Shown here: positions 39,506-54,381 of the stretch, one piece after another | Layout of the letters: each line of letters opens with the position of its first letter | Position numbering within the stretch: the stretch's first letter is position 1 | Source of the DNA: Basidiobolus meristosporus CBS 931.73 | Lineage: Eukaryota > Fungi > Basidiobolomycota | Direction: 5' to 3' | Assembly (NCBI GenBank): GCA_002104905.1 | Contig: MCFE01000120.1 | Span: 97,999-161,998, forward strand | Length of the DNA: 64,000 nucleotides | Translations under genes and position numbers: made by a program | The notes under the pieces: model-generated | Told to the model about the DNA's origin: nothing | Databases searched by the model: none | What the model saw: only the letters and a program-made list of their open reading frames with translations

Positions 39506-41049
39506 ACTCCCCCAGCCTTCCGCCTCTCCCCCCCACCCCGCAACTGCAGCTCGAAATCCGACTCATTTCTTTCTCAGTTATTACTGGCATATTTTTAATT
39601 TTGATCGCTTCCGAGCTTTGGTTACCTCAATCGGATGTATATTAGTTGGTATAGACTTCCCCTGATAGCGTCTCTTGTTTTTATACTCAAAATATCTTCC
39701 CCTCCACCGTCCCGTAATAATGCTCTGCAACCTACCGATTGCCCTCAAGACCTTGGCCAGCATCTCCGTGGGATGTATGGTCCAGTGTTGTTGGCAGTTT
39801 CGATCCATTAAAATGAACCAAACGATGAATGTTCAATTCCCCAATCGATTGCCATGGCGATCCCTACCAACACATGAGTATGAATGGATCGTCCAATTTT
39901 GAGTCGAGGGAGACTGAGGCCCCTCGCCCATTGACGAGCGATATAGGCCTCTTCGTACGGTGGGGGAGCATGCAGTTGGGTCTGGTTTCGTGGCTGAAGT
40001 ATGATGTAGGTGTGTCTGGTAGTCTTGCTGATCGTTCAAGATCGATTGATTGGCGATGATTCTGCTTATCCAGTGGCATCAGTAGATCATGAGGCCCAGT
40101 TTCTGATCACCCCGCGATGGATGTGCATGGGAGATGGGTGCTGATCGTTAGATCAACTGTTTCACCAATGTGTTGAATAAAGCCAACCCCTCTGCATTAT
40201 TACGAGGTCACCTACCATATGGAATGACAAGGTGCTGTCCAGCTCAAGTGGCCCCCCTCTTGATAGGGGGAATGAGGGACGATTGAGATGCAGAATCTCC
40301 CTGACACTACTCCTAGACCAGTTCAACCCAAAACGCCGTCTTCCCAACCAAATGCACAGCCATAGATGGCCAGAACATAAGCCCGACAATAGGCCAGAAA
40401 ATCCATTTGTACCTGAGTATCGCTCGGACGTGCGCGGGTTGGTCTGGTGTGTATCAGATGAGGGCTGACTCAAGAGAAATGGAGGATGCCAACCACGGAA
40501 TGGATATGCGCCGATCAGACTTGCTCTAGATTAGTCGGTGTGCCAGCTAGACAGATTAGTGCCATCGCAGAGATGTCTCCATGGCCGCTCGTGCCATCTA
40601 ATCCCAGTAATCCGAGGAATCCTGAAATGCTACCCAGTGGGTTGTGGCTCGGCGTGTTGATGGAAATGATGGCCGGTGATCATGAGCGTACATAGTCGGA
40701 CACTCTGGCCGATGTTTTGGGCCCTGCTATTCGGCAAGAGCCGAATCATACATGTTGGTTGGTTCAAGGTAGTTGATTCTTGGTCGGGTCACCCCCAACA
40801 TCAGAACATCAGTACAACATCGACCGATTCTGGAATCGATGGGTCGGAGCCATACTTGATAATGATAAAGTACAAATATTTTATTCACATCAACGAATAA
40901 TGTCGAGATTCTCGGTGTATTTGCAGCACCGCCGGTTGGCAGCCAAGAATAGTGTGTTTAAGGGTCCCGTTTGATGATGACCACGGCATGATACATATAT
41001 ACACTGGGAGGGCGGAGGGGGAAGGGGGGTGCAATGGGTAGAAAGCTTT

Positions 41050-42819
41050 CTACTCTTGTTTGGACTTGACAGACTTCATCCAATTGATCATCGAATTTCC
41101 GAGGAATTGGATCACCTCGTCGGCAGTCACGGCAATCCTGTCCTTCCAAGTGAGAAGAACTGGTTGAATCTCCTCGTATGCTTCTTTGGCAAGTCTAGGG
41201 ATCTGTGCGGAGAATTGCATTCCCATATTGGCCAACATCTGGATGCACTTCACCATCATGGGCCACATGGGCTCCAGATAGCTTTGGACCAGCTGCTGTG
41301 CGAATCTCGCGGCCTGTTCCGTGTAGACCAGACCTCTTTTGCTTATGGAGGCGATACACCTCAACTGCTCCCCGAAGTTAAACGAGAGTGGCTTCAATAT
41401 GGTGGCCAGCGATCGGAGCCCGGAGAGCATGGCGGCGCCACACGCGATCGTGTAATCCACTGCTAGTTGAAAAACGCTAGTCGCATGTTGGCAAAGATTT
41501 GAGCCTGCGATTACAATGAATCCCCATGCATGCGTCAACCCGTCTTGGAGCGGGGACCAGGCAAGCACAGCCCAACCCTGGAGCACCTTCAGTGAGTTCC
41601 AAAATGTATTTCTGAAGAACCTGTAAACTCTCAGCGACTTAATGACGGCAAGCCGATGCACTTCAATGGCAGCTTGATAAGCACTCTTCAGATTGCTGAA
41701 GAAATACTTCGAGCAGCGATATGCTTGGCACGTAAAGGAGAATGCGCCCTCGCAGAAGATGACCAGTGAACTGGTTAACATCGCCCAGGCTCTTGGCACC
41801 CCCGTCGTCCATAACCATACAATGCTCGTCTTGAGTAGGCGGTAGGTAAGTTTGCAGACCTCCCAGCCGATCATGATGGAATATTCCTGAAACATTGCCA
41901 GCGAAGAGTGATAAAAACTACGGATGCCTGAACCTAGGCGTCTGAGATGGCATTGGATGTGCCTTTCCCACGTGGGTGCAATTTTGCTGAGAAGGTTACT
42001 GCAACCGACGTACACATTCGACCAGATTCGTTCGAGATTGCGATTGATCATGGTAATTAGAGGCTTGACGGCTGGGATCAAAGAGTACACCTTTCCTGTG
42101 AAAAGGTAAAGGTCTCGAAGATCATCCAACAGGTCGAATATGAGCACCTGAAGGCATTGGATGGCTAGTTTTCCCAGGAAGCACCCTCTAGACACCACCC
42201 AAGAGGAAACATCGAACACAAGGGTGGTGAACGACTGAACAAACCGGCTTAACAGGGTGTTCTCAAGGATAGCAGCGATGGAATGGCAGGTTCGCCAGAA
42301 ATACGCCGAGCCAAGGTAACCGAGCTCAAGTGCACTACGGGCGAAGCGATTCGCAGCTGGCAGTAGGTGCTTGCCGACTTTCAGCCCGGAATCCAGGATC
42401 AAGGCACTAGGGCGTAGAACATAGCGATTCCAGTACCAGGGGGCCACACGTTTGAATGTCTCCGGTAACTGCGCCAGGTATCCAAGAAGGCAAGTGAGTA
42501 GAAAAGGGACCTTTTCTATGGCCCAGAGAATGCCGTCGACGGTGCAGAACACCCCGATCTTATACAGACCCCAAACCAACCGGAGAAAAAGATACACAAA
42601 AGCAAGTGGGAAAAATGGGATCAGAAGCGCACGGTTGCGACGAAGGGTGGTGGGCTCTGTATCGTCTGGTTTATCTTTAATTATGTTTGCTTTCCTCTCC
42701 TTCTCTAGTCTCCAGTTTGGAGTGTATTCCCTTGCAACAAACAGGAAACAACTGAGGAAAAGTAGAATGGCACCTATCACCTTAGGTGAAGAGAACAACT
42801 GGGTGAGTACTTCCTGCAT
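41050..42819 (-). CDS. Uncharacterised 589-aa membrane/amphipathic-helix protein, single exon
   Basis: Long uninterrupted ATG-initiated ORF; two or more hydrophobic N-terminal segments; no family motif recognised. Confidence 0.75.
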   Translation of the reverse strand: MQEVLTQLFSSPKVIGAILLFLSCFLFVAREYTPNWRLEKERKANIIKDKPDDTEPTTLRRNRALLIPFFPLAFVYLFLRLVWGLYKIGVFCTVDGILWAIEKVPFLLTCLLGYLAQLPETFKRVAPWYWNRYVLRPSALILDSGLKVGKHLLPAANRFARSALELGYLGSAYFWRTCHSIAAILENTLLSRFVQSFTTLVFDVSSWVVSRGCFLGKLAIQCLQVLIFDLLDDLRDLYLFTGKVYSLIPAVKPLITMINRNLERIWSNVYVGCSNLLSKIAPTWERHIQCHLRRLGSGIRSFYHSSLAMFQEYSIMIGWEVCKLTYRLLKTSIVWLWTTGVPRAWAMLTSSLVIFCEGAFSFTCQAYRCSKYFFSNLKSAYQAAIEVHRLAVIKSLRVYRFFRNTFWNSLKVLQGWAVLAWSPLQDGLTHAWGFIVIAGSNLCQHATSVFQLAVDYTIACGAAMLSGLRSLATILKPLSFNFGEQLRCIASISKRGLVYTEQAARFAQQLVQSYLEPMWPMMVKCIQMLANMGMQFSAQIPRLAKEAYEEIQPVLLTWKDRIAVTADEVIQFLGNSMINWMKSVKSKQE

Positions 42820-44133
42820 TGGAATGATGGAGAAAATACGGGTCTTAGGAGGGCTTATAATTTGGAAGTCCGTAGTACACCACCTCTTGGCAATCCATTA
42901 TAGATCAGCCCAGTCAGTGATCTCGAAACTGATCCAAAACCTCTGTTGTAGTCACTCCCGTGTTATATGTCGCTCTTATTATGTGGTGAGTGGAGCGAAT
43001 CAAGTGATCGGGATTTCTGGAATAAACCATACCGGATTCACCACGATATGCCATAATTGGTTGCAGCGTAGCTTGGCATCATGACAAACAAGGCCCAAGT
43101 GAACAGTATAGGTGCCCAACACGAAATCAGCGGTCGTTAGCCATATATACCTCTCGCATTGCTCCTACGAAAAGAGAAATTCCAACATGTCGTGTGTTCC
43201 GTCCAGGCAGACCGAACGATAAGCAACCGCAATGGATCGTTGTATGACACAAGCTGAGGCTGAATATCAATGGGAATGGGAACGGGCATAGGATATGAAT
43301 GCGAGTGTGAGTGTGAGTGTGAATACAGCGCCTTAGTTGAATCAGTCCCTTTTTCTGGCAAGCCTTGTGTCGAACATGATTCAGTTCAGATGAAGATGGC
43401 TTCGTGAAAGCAACGGCCTGAACATATCCTGCCAAATACCAAGAGCCACTCGATACATCTTTGTCCCGATTTCCTCACTGCGACTGCTCTGCAGCCATGC
43501 CATCTTTTCACAGGATGAGCCTGAATCTATCCCCATCACCCACCCGATTGGCAACATGATCAACACAACCTGTCATGTCCAACGCACTACTATTTGTACC
43601 ACATTCCCGGCAGGCTTCCATCGGCGAAATCCGCTACCCCATCGTGGTTGATGGTTGAGTGACGATGATGTCAGGAATCCTGTGGTATTGTTAGAAAACC
43701 CATAGGGTGGTGGATCTCGTTGTATTCCAAGCTAGCTTGTCGCCTTGACAAGCGGGTGTGCTGGTGGTATCTACAGGGGTTCTCAAACTCCCACATATCT
43801 TGCTTCGGAAAACACACGAGCCCGATTGCTTCCTCGACTCATGATTTCAAGCAGTGCATTCGCTGAAACAGGGATGAGCCATTCGATAAGCGCAGGCAGA
43901 TCGTGCAACAGTAATCAATCAATGGCTCATTCATGCCAGATCAGTGGCTTGATGAAGCTATCAGATGATGGAATTGGCTCGTCGTATGAGTTATTGACAA
44001 ACTCCATGAGTGGAGGAGCGAGTGGCTGATTATGTCGTCAGAAACTTACGCAGCCCGAATAGTGTTGAGACGGCATCGGAGGGCTTGTCCGCATTAAAAC
44101 TCCTCACCTCTGCTTGTGCTGCTATACTGAATT

Positions 44134-45080
44134 ATGGATCTCAACAAACTCGACCAAGCTTTGAAGAACGTTTCCGCTCCTTACTCCGGTATCTGGCATT
44201 GGGTATTACTCTTCGCAAGTGCTGCCACTCACTACTCAATATAGGCCATCGAATTGGCCCGCAAGCGGCCTCGCATATTCTCGAGTTCTATGTGGATTTT
44301 ACAGTGAGTTCTTACTCCCCTGTTCTCCGCAACATCGTTACTAAGCTCGTTTGCTCGCTCCAGTGCCCATTCTCTCGTCGACTCTTCAACAATCTCACCA
44401 AGGTAAATATAAGCCCAGTCTCCATACTCGTTTTTAGGAAGGTCATTGCGTTAATTGGGCTGGACGAACAGGAGGTGATTCCCAGTGTTCAAGCCGATTC
44501 CGACAAAAGCATCCAGTTTATCTTACGCCATCAAGTGCAACCGTGGCACCCACAGAGCACCTTGCTACATGAGGTTGGCAACCCTCCAATTCCCTTCCAA
44601 GGAATGTTTATTGAATGGGACCTAAGAACCGTTGCTTTTAGGCTTCGCTGGCAGCGGAGAAGATAGACCCCCAGAAATTCCTGGCCTACGCGGAAAAGCT
44701 GTTTGATGTTCAGCGGGAGTAAATATTCTTTTCGCTTGGTTGCTTGATAGCTGGCCCTCGACTTATCACCGGTATTTAGTTACTTTGACGAGGCATGCCA
44801 CAACCTCAGTCGCACCCAGATCTATCACTCCTTGGCCGATCATGCCGAGTCTCTGGGGATCGACCGAGAGGAATTCCTAGGGTACCTTTTGATACCAGAC
44901 GCTGAACCACGAAACAAAGGGAACAAAATCCATGGAGATCTCAAATACCACATTAAATTGGCCAGACAAAATGGGATTCATGTCTCCCCTACGGTGTTGC
45001 TTGACGGGATCATTGACTCGTCAGTTTCAAGCTCGTGGGGGCTAAACGAATGGAACGACTGGCTGGAGGCCAAGTTGTGA
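44134..45080 (+). CDS. DsbA-like thioredoxin-fold protein, ~6 exons
   Basis: Spliced: GHRIG..LEFYVDFT|CPFS, QVQPWHPQS, ARQNGIHVSPTVLLDG. Confidence 0.85.
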
Positions 45081-46503
45081 TTTCAGAGAGAAACGGCTAC
45101 GTACTTTCTACATCCTTGTAGCTCCTCACCAGCAGCTCCCTGTGCATACATTTGGATTGCTCCCGGACTCAGTGATGTGATGGCTAAGGCCTACTGAATA
45201 CTTGTGTGGAATCGATGGCCAACAGCCTCGTCCGAATTTCTCCTAATAAATCACCTGTTCCCTCTAATGCAATGGCTCACTCCATGGGCTGTAGTTGAAT
45301 TGGCGGATTAGAGAGCGCGAGGGCAGTTCGGGTGGTCAACAGTGCATTCCCTTGAATCCTGTTGTATTGTTTTTCATGCGCATCGAATCAGCGGGGCAAG
45401 CTCCTGATTCAGATGCCATTACTGTGACCATCTCCTGCCATCTATAGGTAGATTTCATTTGAGCTGGCTGGAGGGGAGATGAGACTGGAGACGTGCTATT
45501 GGTGAAGGGCGGGGTTGTTTTCAGAAGAAATCAAGGATGTGTCGCATCCTCGACCCTGGTAGGGACCCATGTGAGGCTTTCATGCCAGGCTGGCAAGCAA
45601 CATCGATCCAAGATTCACCTCGATGATGTGGCTGACCGGTGTTCTGCGAAGGGATGGGCGGATGAACCGCAAACACGCCCACATATCACCACCATTGCAA
45701 CGAAGCCAGCTGGCGCGGATGCAATTTGATTAGTTTGGTAGCATTGTCCGGGTTGAGGAGGAACAGTTCTGGCACACCGCCCTCTGTGTGTTTCACCCAC
45801 CCCTCCAGGTACATAATTCATCAGCTCTCCAAATCCTACTCTTGGTCGAGCTAATCTGTCTATATATGGCAAACAGTAACTGGTTTTTAGTTGACTTCCA
45901 CTCAGAGGGAACTTCCCAAATCTGGTGCAAGGTCGGCTTCGCGACAGGCTTATCCGAAATTCTTCTTACGACAAAACACACCACCCGCTGTTCCCCACGA
46001 GTTCCCTGTTGTGCAACAGCATGATGGTATCTGCAACCCTTGCTCTCCATGGAAGCTGGATCCTTCTACTCACCGTCACCCTGAACTTTCATTTACTGGC
46101 CATTGCAGTGCACGCTTGCTAACCAACAATGGCGTCGGTGTTGCCGAAATTTGGACGCTGGCTTCCCTGAAATAGCATCTGATACCGCTTTGGTCTCTCA
46201 GATTCACTAGCATTTGGCAAAGCACCGTAAACCCCCCCCCCCCAGCCTATCACACTTGGGATGTGGAGATACACCTAGGTGAGGCTCACTCGGTTATCAT
46301 GCTCTATGTACCTGAGAATTCCAGGAAAATCGATTAATATGCCGATGTCATGATATCACTGATATTCCTTCGGAATTTCACTGATTTTCGCTGAAAAGGA
46401 CCCCATATATACACTAGCCTCATGCTGTACGAGCCTAGTTCATCCCTTCCGTACCTATTTCTACCAAACTTGTCTGTAAATTTACTGCTTTGTTCAGCGA
46501 AAC

Positions 46504-49500
46504 ATGAAATCCTACGACATTATACGGTAGCTATTTCCCCGAACACTCCTCACCTCCCATTTCGCTAATGTGTATTCATCTTGGGCCCAACAGTGCGAAA
46601 TGGAAAGCTACCTTTGATCCGCCCTCCATCTCCCTTGAGACTTTTAAGGATCGTGGAATGTTCGGCACATCTTGTACTGAAGGGCTTAGGTCCGTCTGCT
46701 GGAAGGTATCTTTGCTCGTCTACTAGTGGACCCGCAGTTGTCAGAATATTGGCATTTACTCTGTTTATGTCCCAGATTTATTTAGATTGCTTACCTTCTC
46801 TGGACACTTCTTCCTGGGTGTTGGCTTTACAGCAACAGCGTCAGTACTATGAGGATTTAAAGAAGCGCTTCGTTTTCGATCCCAATGCCGAGGAAACTGC
46901 CCAAGAGGCGCAAAATTTGGCGGTGAACAATCCCTTGTCCCTGGACCAAGAAGTAAGTTTCTACTGTCGGTTTTACTGGCCGCCCAAAACTAAATAACGC
47001 TGCCTTTTCACACCACCAACAGAGTCCTTGGATCCAATACTTCAAAGACGGCGAGCTTCGTAAAATCATCAGACAAGATGTCGAGCGCACGTATGAATTC
47101 CAAGACCATCTCAAACTCGTATATGCTTGCGTTGACGAGTTCCCCATCTCATAGATTCCCGGATTACGAGTATTTCCACTCTACTACTGCTCAGACGCGA
47201 CTGACCGATATGCTGTTCATTTATTGTAAACTTCACGAGGATGTGTCGTACCGGCAGGGAATGCACGAGTTGCTTGCCCCTATTCTCCAGATAGTCGACG
47301 ATGAGTGCCTTGAGGTTTCTTCGCTTCCAGAAGAAGACAAGTAAGTTGAAGCTTTCTAGTGGAACTTATCATTTGCATCCTGCTGATGGACTATTAATTT
47401 GCATAAAGTGAGCTTCCCTCTGAGCTGATAAAAGAAGTGCTAAACCCCGAATATGTGGAACATGATACCTTCTCCTTGTTCACTAACCTCATGAAATCCG
47501 CCAAGCAGTGGTACGAATTCAACGACGAGCTTTCGAATCAAAGAACGCTTCGAGCGCTTAAAACGATGGGCAAGGTAATTCACCGACTACTATTGCAGTT
47601 GTGCATCGACAATTACCCTAACGCTTCATCTAGAGTTTGGATGAATCGAACCTTTTGGGTAGCCAGACGTTACCAATGGTAAATAAGTGCATCCGACCAG
47701 CGCAAAGAGAGCCTCTTATTAACGTTGACTGAATGCTTTGCAGACACCAAATCAGACTCCCATAATGGTGAAATGCACTCGTATTCACCACGAGTTGCTA
47801 AAGGTTTACGACCCTCAACTTTACGCATATCTGGAGTCACTACAGATCGAGCCTCAGCTTTACGGGATGTGAGTGGATTTGGCTGCTTACAACAACCTCC
47901 ATCATTCGCTAATCAAATTCGTGTTCGTCAGTCGATGGCTCCGTTTGCTCTTTGGACGCGAATTCCCTTTGGAGGAGCTTCCTCGGCTATGGGATGGGAT
48001 TTTTGCTGATGGGGCTGACCTAGGCTTGGTAGACTACATCTGTGTGGCCATGCTCCTGTATATTCGAGAGGACTGTGAGTGGTTTGGCCTCAGCATGGGG
48101 GTTTACAAGGCAAGCAGTACTAACCCCATTGGATATTCCTAGTGCTTGCTGCTGATTACGCGATGTGTCTACACCGGATCATGAAATTCCCCTCCGTCGC
48201 CGACCTTACGATATTTATTAAGCAGGCCCTGCATCTCCGTGACCATCCCAACTTTGATGGTGGATCGAAGATCATCTTTCAAAACGCCAGAAATGCTGGT
48301 CGTCAAGCACCCACCTTGTTCAATTATCCTAACGAGGAACCTGCGAAGCCAGGGAATCAACGAGCCCGAAGAACTCAATCGGACACCACCGGGAACATTA
48401 CCGCAGCCAAACCTCATACTGGAAGAGTGCATCCTCCCCGGAAGAGAGATGAGGCAATCGCACAGATCAACAAGGCGATGCATGACATCAAGAAAACCGT
48501 CAACCCCCTCCAAAGCTACCTGAAGCGCACCCTATCCTACAACCAAAAGGTTCAGCACGATTCCTCATCCAACGAACCAGACTTCCAAAGCATCTACGAG
48601 CACGCAATCCCTCAAAGTGTCCCCGCGAGTGAAGACCCCATCCCCGGCAAGAGCAAATCCCAAGTTGGTGCCAGTGTCGAGGCCCTGGACTCGCCAGTTA
48701 CGTTTGAGATCGGCTCGTTGGTGGACAAATGCATCGATCTACTTGAGAAAGGAATATTCGGCAAATCCCTTAGCTCAGCAGCTGAAAGTTCGGCGGAATC
48801 AACTCCCGCCAAATCCTCAGAGATCGTCAAGAACGAGATGGACATCGTTACCGCCTTGGTTGGCCTGAAACATGTTCGAGATGTATTAACTCGAGTGACC
48901 GCGGACCTGAACCCAGATATACTGAGCCAGCCATGGCCGCAGGAAGGCGATGACCATTGGGAGCTAGTGGAGCACCACAGCGACTCCGATGCCCCTCCAG
49001 CGCACCAAGACATCTCTACGCTTGGTGTTATTGTGGAGGCGAGTCCGGAATTTAGCGCGAGCGAGGTTGACAAAGACCAACCAGAATCACCTGTAGATAC
49101 CAAATCCGCCAACCCCACCACCCCGAAAGAATCGGCTTTCGTCGACCTAAGCTCCAACGATTGGAAATCGTCCAACATGGCCTCGCCGGAGCCTGAGGCT
49201 CTTCAGGATCCCTGGAAATCTGAGCCAGAAAGCTACTTGCAAACCAGTCCCGTCGTTGAGTGTGCCCCAGATGGATTGAGTGACAAGTCCACCGAAGTGG
49301 AGAATTATGTGACGGGCGATTCACCAACAGAACCACCCTCTCACACTGCGCCGCCCAAACGAGTGACCCAAAAGGCCGACGTGCTTTCTTCCTTGGAAAG
49401 CATCCTCGCCGAGGATGAACGTTCTCCCTCTACGCCCAGCCGTTTCAGCACCAACCCCAACTACAACTGGATCTTTCACGGCAACAAGGACTCGTCTTCA

Positions 49501-49740
49501 AACTTCGACAGTTGCGCCTCGATGTCGTTCTCTCGCTCCGAATCCGCTGAGAACCTCAAGGAATACACCTCGGGTAGAATGAGCCAATCCCTCGATCTCG
49601 AGAAAGAAAGGAAGCCCAAGAACCTGCCCACGCGCACCAAGAAGCTGGTAGGGAAATCCGTGTCGAACGACTCGGATGACCCGTTGAAGTCTCGTGATGT
49701 CAATCGTAGGAACCTCCGCATCTTAGACGACTACGCCTGA
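46504..49740 (+). CDS. TBC1D5: TBC-domain Rab GTPase-activating protein, TBC1D5-like, multi-exon
   Basis: GLRSVCWK, IRQDVERT, YRQGMHELLAP, EHDTF, RWLRLLFGREF motifs; long acidic/Ser-rich tail. Confidence 0.9.
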
Positions 49741-50707
49741 GCCCCACCGGTCTGACAAGAAGCCAGGTGCACGACCGATATGTATGTGTCTTGTTGATAC
49801 TTGGCAACTGGCCTTTAACCGATATCCCACGAATTACCACCCTCCACCTTGTTAAAATACGCCCCACCTTTATCCCACCCTTCGGAATACCCCGGCTCAA
49901 CTATGAATGATATTCCTCCCTAGCCATGATCAGAGGGCTCCTGTTATCAGCGAACCTCGAGATGTTGTAGTGACGACCAAGCGGCCGACTTACCAAACCA
50001 TCTCCTTTCATGGAATGTTGTTAACCAAGCATCAATAAAGGCTATGTTACTGCGTCATTTCAGCTGGCTCATGCCTCCTCCACGGCCTCACCACTGCTGG
50101 CGCATCTCCATTGTATCGCCCTAGCCTTGGTGAAACCTAGCATCCCACCATGAATCCACTGAGCGCCAATGCGTTTAATTGAAGGCTTGGATAGCGACCA
50201 ATGGTGGCCCAAGTTGCACGTCTGAGACTAGCCACCCACTGATTTGTCAACACTGGATGCAATGAATGGTCCCAGCCAAATCAAACCGGCTTCTGACCCT
50301 TCGTCAATAAAGTGTTGTCATCAAAATGGTATGGAGCTTGCCATTTACGAGACTGGGCTTTCCCGATATGGCGAGATACTTATATCACATCTACCATATA
50401 TGCAGCGGGCATTAAGACTGAATCATGCAATGCCCATGATTCACTGGTGGGTGGAGGGACGACCATGATTTCTGCCGGGGCAGGGGGTGGAGAATCCACC
50501 GTGGTGTTTGGGATGTTCACCCGGCGAAGCAGGGAAATCGCCGCATATTCCAAATCGGAGGGCTGACCCGGGTTCACCCACTGGTCTAGTATCGAGGAAA
50601 CGTATTACCGTGGAATTGAACAGCACTTCAGATTACTACTATAAAGCCAATCATCTGTGGCTCGCACCCTCATACCTTCCGGATTGTTGCCACTACCTAC
50701 AATTACA

Positions 50708-52061
<1,354 letters not shown>

Positions 52062-52704
52062 AATGGCCACGGCTATGGCGTTGCCAATGCCAGATACTGG
52101 GGATCTATGCTGGAGAACAAGGCCATCCTAGCTAAACGGACTTTTAAGATTACCTTGGACTGAATCACTCCCCAACCCCATCCACTCGTCTCTGTATTAT
52201 TCCAATTACCGTTTCTTTCGAAATCAATGCTCAAAATAAAGTTCGATGGTCACCAAGCCATCATACAACATCAATGTGTGGCCCTCCCCTTGGCACACAG
52301 GTCCCCCTGGCCAATGGTACTCGACACCCGCGGCATGTGTGTGGGTCGGTCGGAACACAGTGCACAACCCAGAATCGTGCAGTGTTGGTAGAGTTGACTC
52401 ATCATGAACCTTTGCTCCAATGCGACATTCCCATCTAAGGCTGATTATTAGTGGTGATACTGGATAATTCCCCAGTACCCTGATCGAATATTCCTGATTC
52501 CATCGTCGCACCCACCAATCATGTGCCATGAAGTCATCAGTGATCCACTAATTGGATTCGGCCAACTTTCCAAACAATCCTTCTCGATGTGGCAGAGAAT
52601 TGGTTGGGCGATGAGGGCGATGGCAGGCTGGGCAACATAAATATGCATCTGGCCTTGGGAGTGCCAACAAGTCACTGCCTCCTTTGTGCTCCAGTGTTTG
52701 CAAG

Positions 52705-53638
52705 ATGTCCACCATCAATAATCTGTTCATTTTCTCTGACTTCGATGGCACCATCACCAAAGAAGACTCGTTGAACATCTTGATCGACAAATGCATGGGC
52801 TCTGAGCCCAGACAAAGCATTGACGATGCCATTAAGCAAGGGACCATGAGTTTCAAGTAAGCCAGCTCTTTCCATTCTCAGAACCTACGCCATCGGTAAT
52901 TAAAACGTAACTCCAGGGAGGGAATGACCCGCCAGTTTGCCGGTATTGATGCATCCTGGGAAGAGGCCTCGACTTTCCTACAGTGTATGTGGACACTCAC
53001 CGACCTTGATTGGTGCAGACCAGGCTAACCGGTACTCTTTAGCTACCACTCACGTCGATCCTCACTTCAAGGAGTTTGCCCAGTACTGCGATGCCGAGAA
53101 TATTCCCCTCACCGTAGTTAGCTGGTAAGTATGGGCTCTAGCTCGCCTCCAAGGCCTACGGCGATTCTTATCCAACTGATATCACTCTTATAGCGGGATT
53201 GGGCCATTGATTAAGGAGTTCTTGAAGGGATTCGTTGGAAGCGAGTTGGCCAGCAAGATCCAGGTCGAGGCCAACAGTGTGGAGATCATCGATCAGAAAT
53301 GGATCCCAGTGTACCACGACGACAGGTAATGTTCGGCACCGCTCGCACTTGGCTTACGATCGGTAACCAACCACATGCGCTTTAGTGATTTTGGCCATGA
53401 CAAATCCTTGACCATGCGTCAGATCAAGGCAACGCTGGAGGTCAAGCCCATCTTGGTGTTCCTCGGGGATGGACTATCGGATATCTCGGCTGCCCGCGAG
53501 GCGGACATTCTATTCGCAAAGAAAGGATGTGATCTGGAGGACTGGTGTATCAAGGAGAATGTCAGTTACACCTCGTTCGAGAACTTCTCGCACGTCTTGG
53601 AGGTGCTCAAGAAATTCATCGCAACTAGAGAAATGTAA
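52705..53638 (+). CDS. HAD-superfamily phosphatase (MtnX-like), multi-exon
   Basis: FSDFDGTIT motif I; FLGDGLSDISAAREADILFAK motif IV. Confidence 0.9.
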
Positions 53639-53955
53639 TCCCCGAATACCTACCAATAAACACCAGCAAATCCCAACCGCCATCGAAAGCCGGCAATCAT
53701 TCTTTTGATCCCTGCGCGCATTATTCTGGCCTGGAATGTGAGGTGATCCATCTGTACGGACACCTAGGCCAGACAATCGGGCTCTCACATACATCCGGAC
53801 GAATTGGGGATTTGTTGAGAAACTTTATTGACTGTGCTAGATTGACAATTCTTCTGGAATGGGGACATGAGGGATAACAGGGTCTAGCCGTTTGCTGATG
53901 TATATTCGCTCAGTAAAGACAGTCAGTCGGTTCAATGTGTGATGTGGACTCGATC

Positions 53956-54381
53956 CTACTCGTACTGCATGGGCATCTCGTGCCCAAGCATTTCGTTCTC
54001 CATCATTGGGTCAAACGACATCTCTCCCCCGTACTCTTTCCCACGCATCATGGCGCTACTCATTCCTTGCATTTCCATGCTCGGGCCTGCTTGATATTTG
54101 GCATTAAAGCCCGTGTTGTGGCTTGCCTTGGCGGTGTTGAGGGTGTTATGTTGGCGGGTGACGGTGGTGAACATCTGGCGCATCAACGGGTCATAGGTAG
54201 CAGGCTTACTGATCATGTAGGGCATGTATCTGCCTCGGGTTCCGTAACCACAAAGATAGCCCCGTTTTACACACATTCTAGGAGCATATCGAGGGTACAT
54301 TTGGGTGTAGTATACCGGCACAGCAGAGCAGACTTGGAATACAAGGCCACAAAGTAGAAATAGGCAGGCGAGGAATTGCAT
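53956..54381 (-). CDS. Small putative secreted Met/Tyr-rich protein, 141 aa
   Basis: ATG-initiated ORF with signal-peptide-like N-terminus (MQFLACLFLLCGLVFQVCSA); biased composition; no homology recognised. Confidence 0.65.
   Translation of the reverse strand: MQFLACLFLLCGLVFQVCSAVPVYYTQMYPRYAPRMCVKRGYLCGYGTRGRYMPYMISKPATYDPLMRQMFTTVTRQHNTLNTAKASHNTGFNAKYQAGPSMEMQGMSSAMMRGKEYGGEMSFDPMMENEMLGHEMPMQYE

Noticed and set aside
43303-43324. (GAGTGT)3 microsatellite, and the poly-C run near 46231
   Set aside because: Ordinary simple repeats
44010-44666. 218-aa ORF as a gene on its own
   Set aside because: It reads through the introns of the thioredoxin-fold gene
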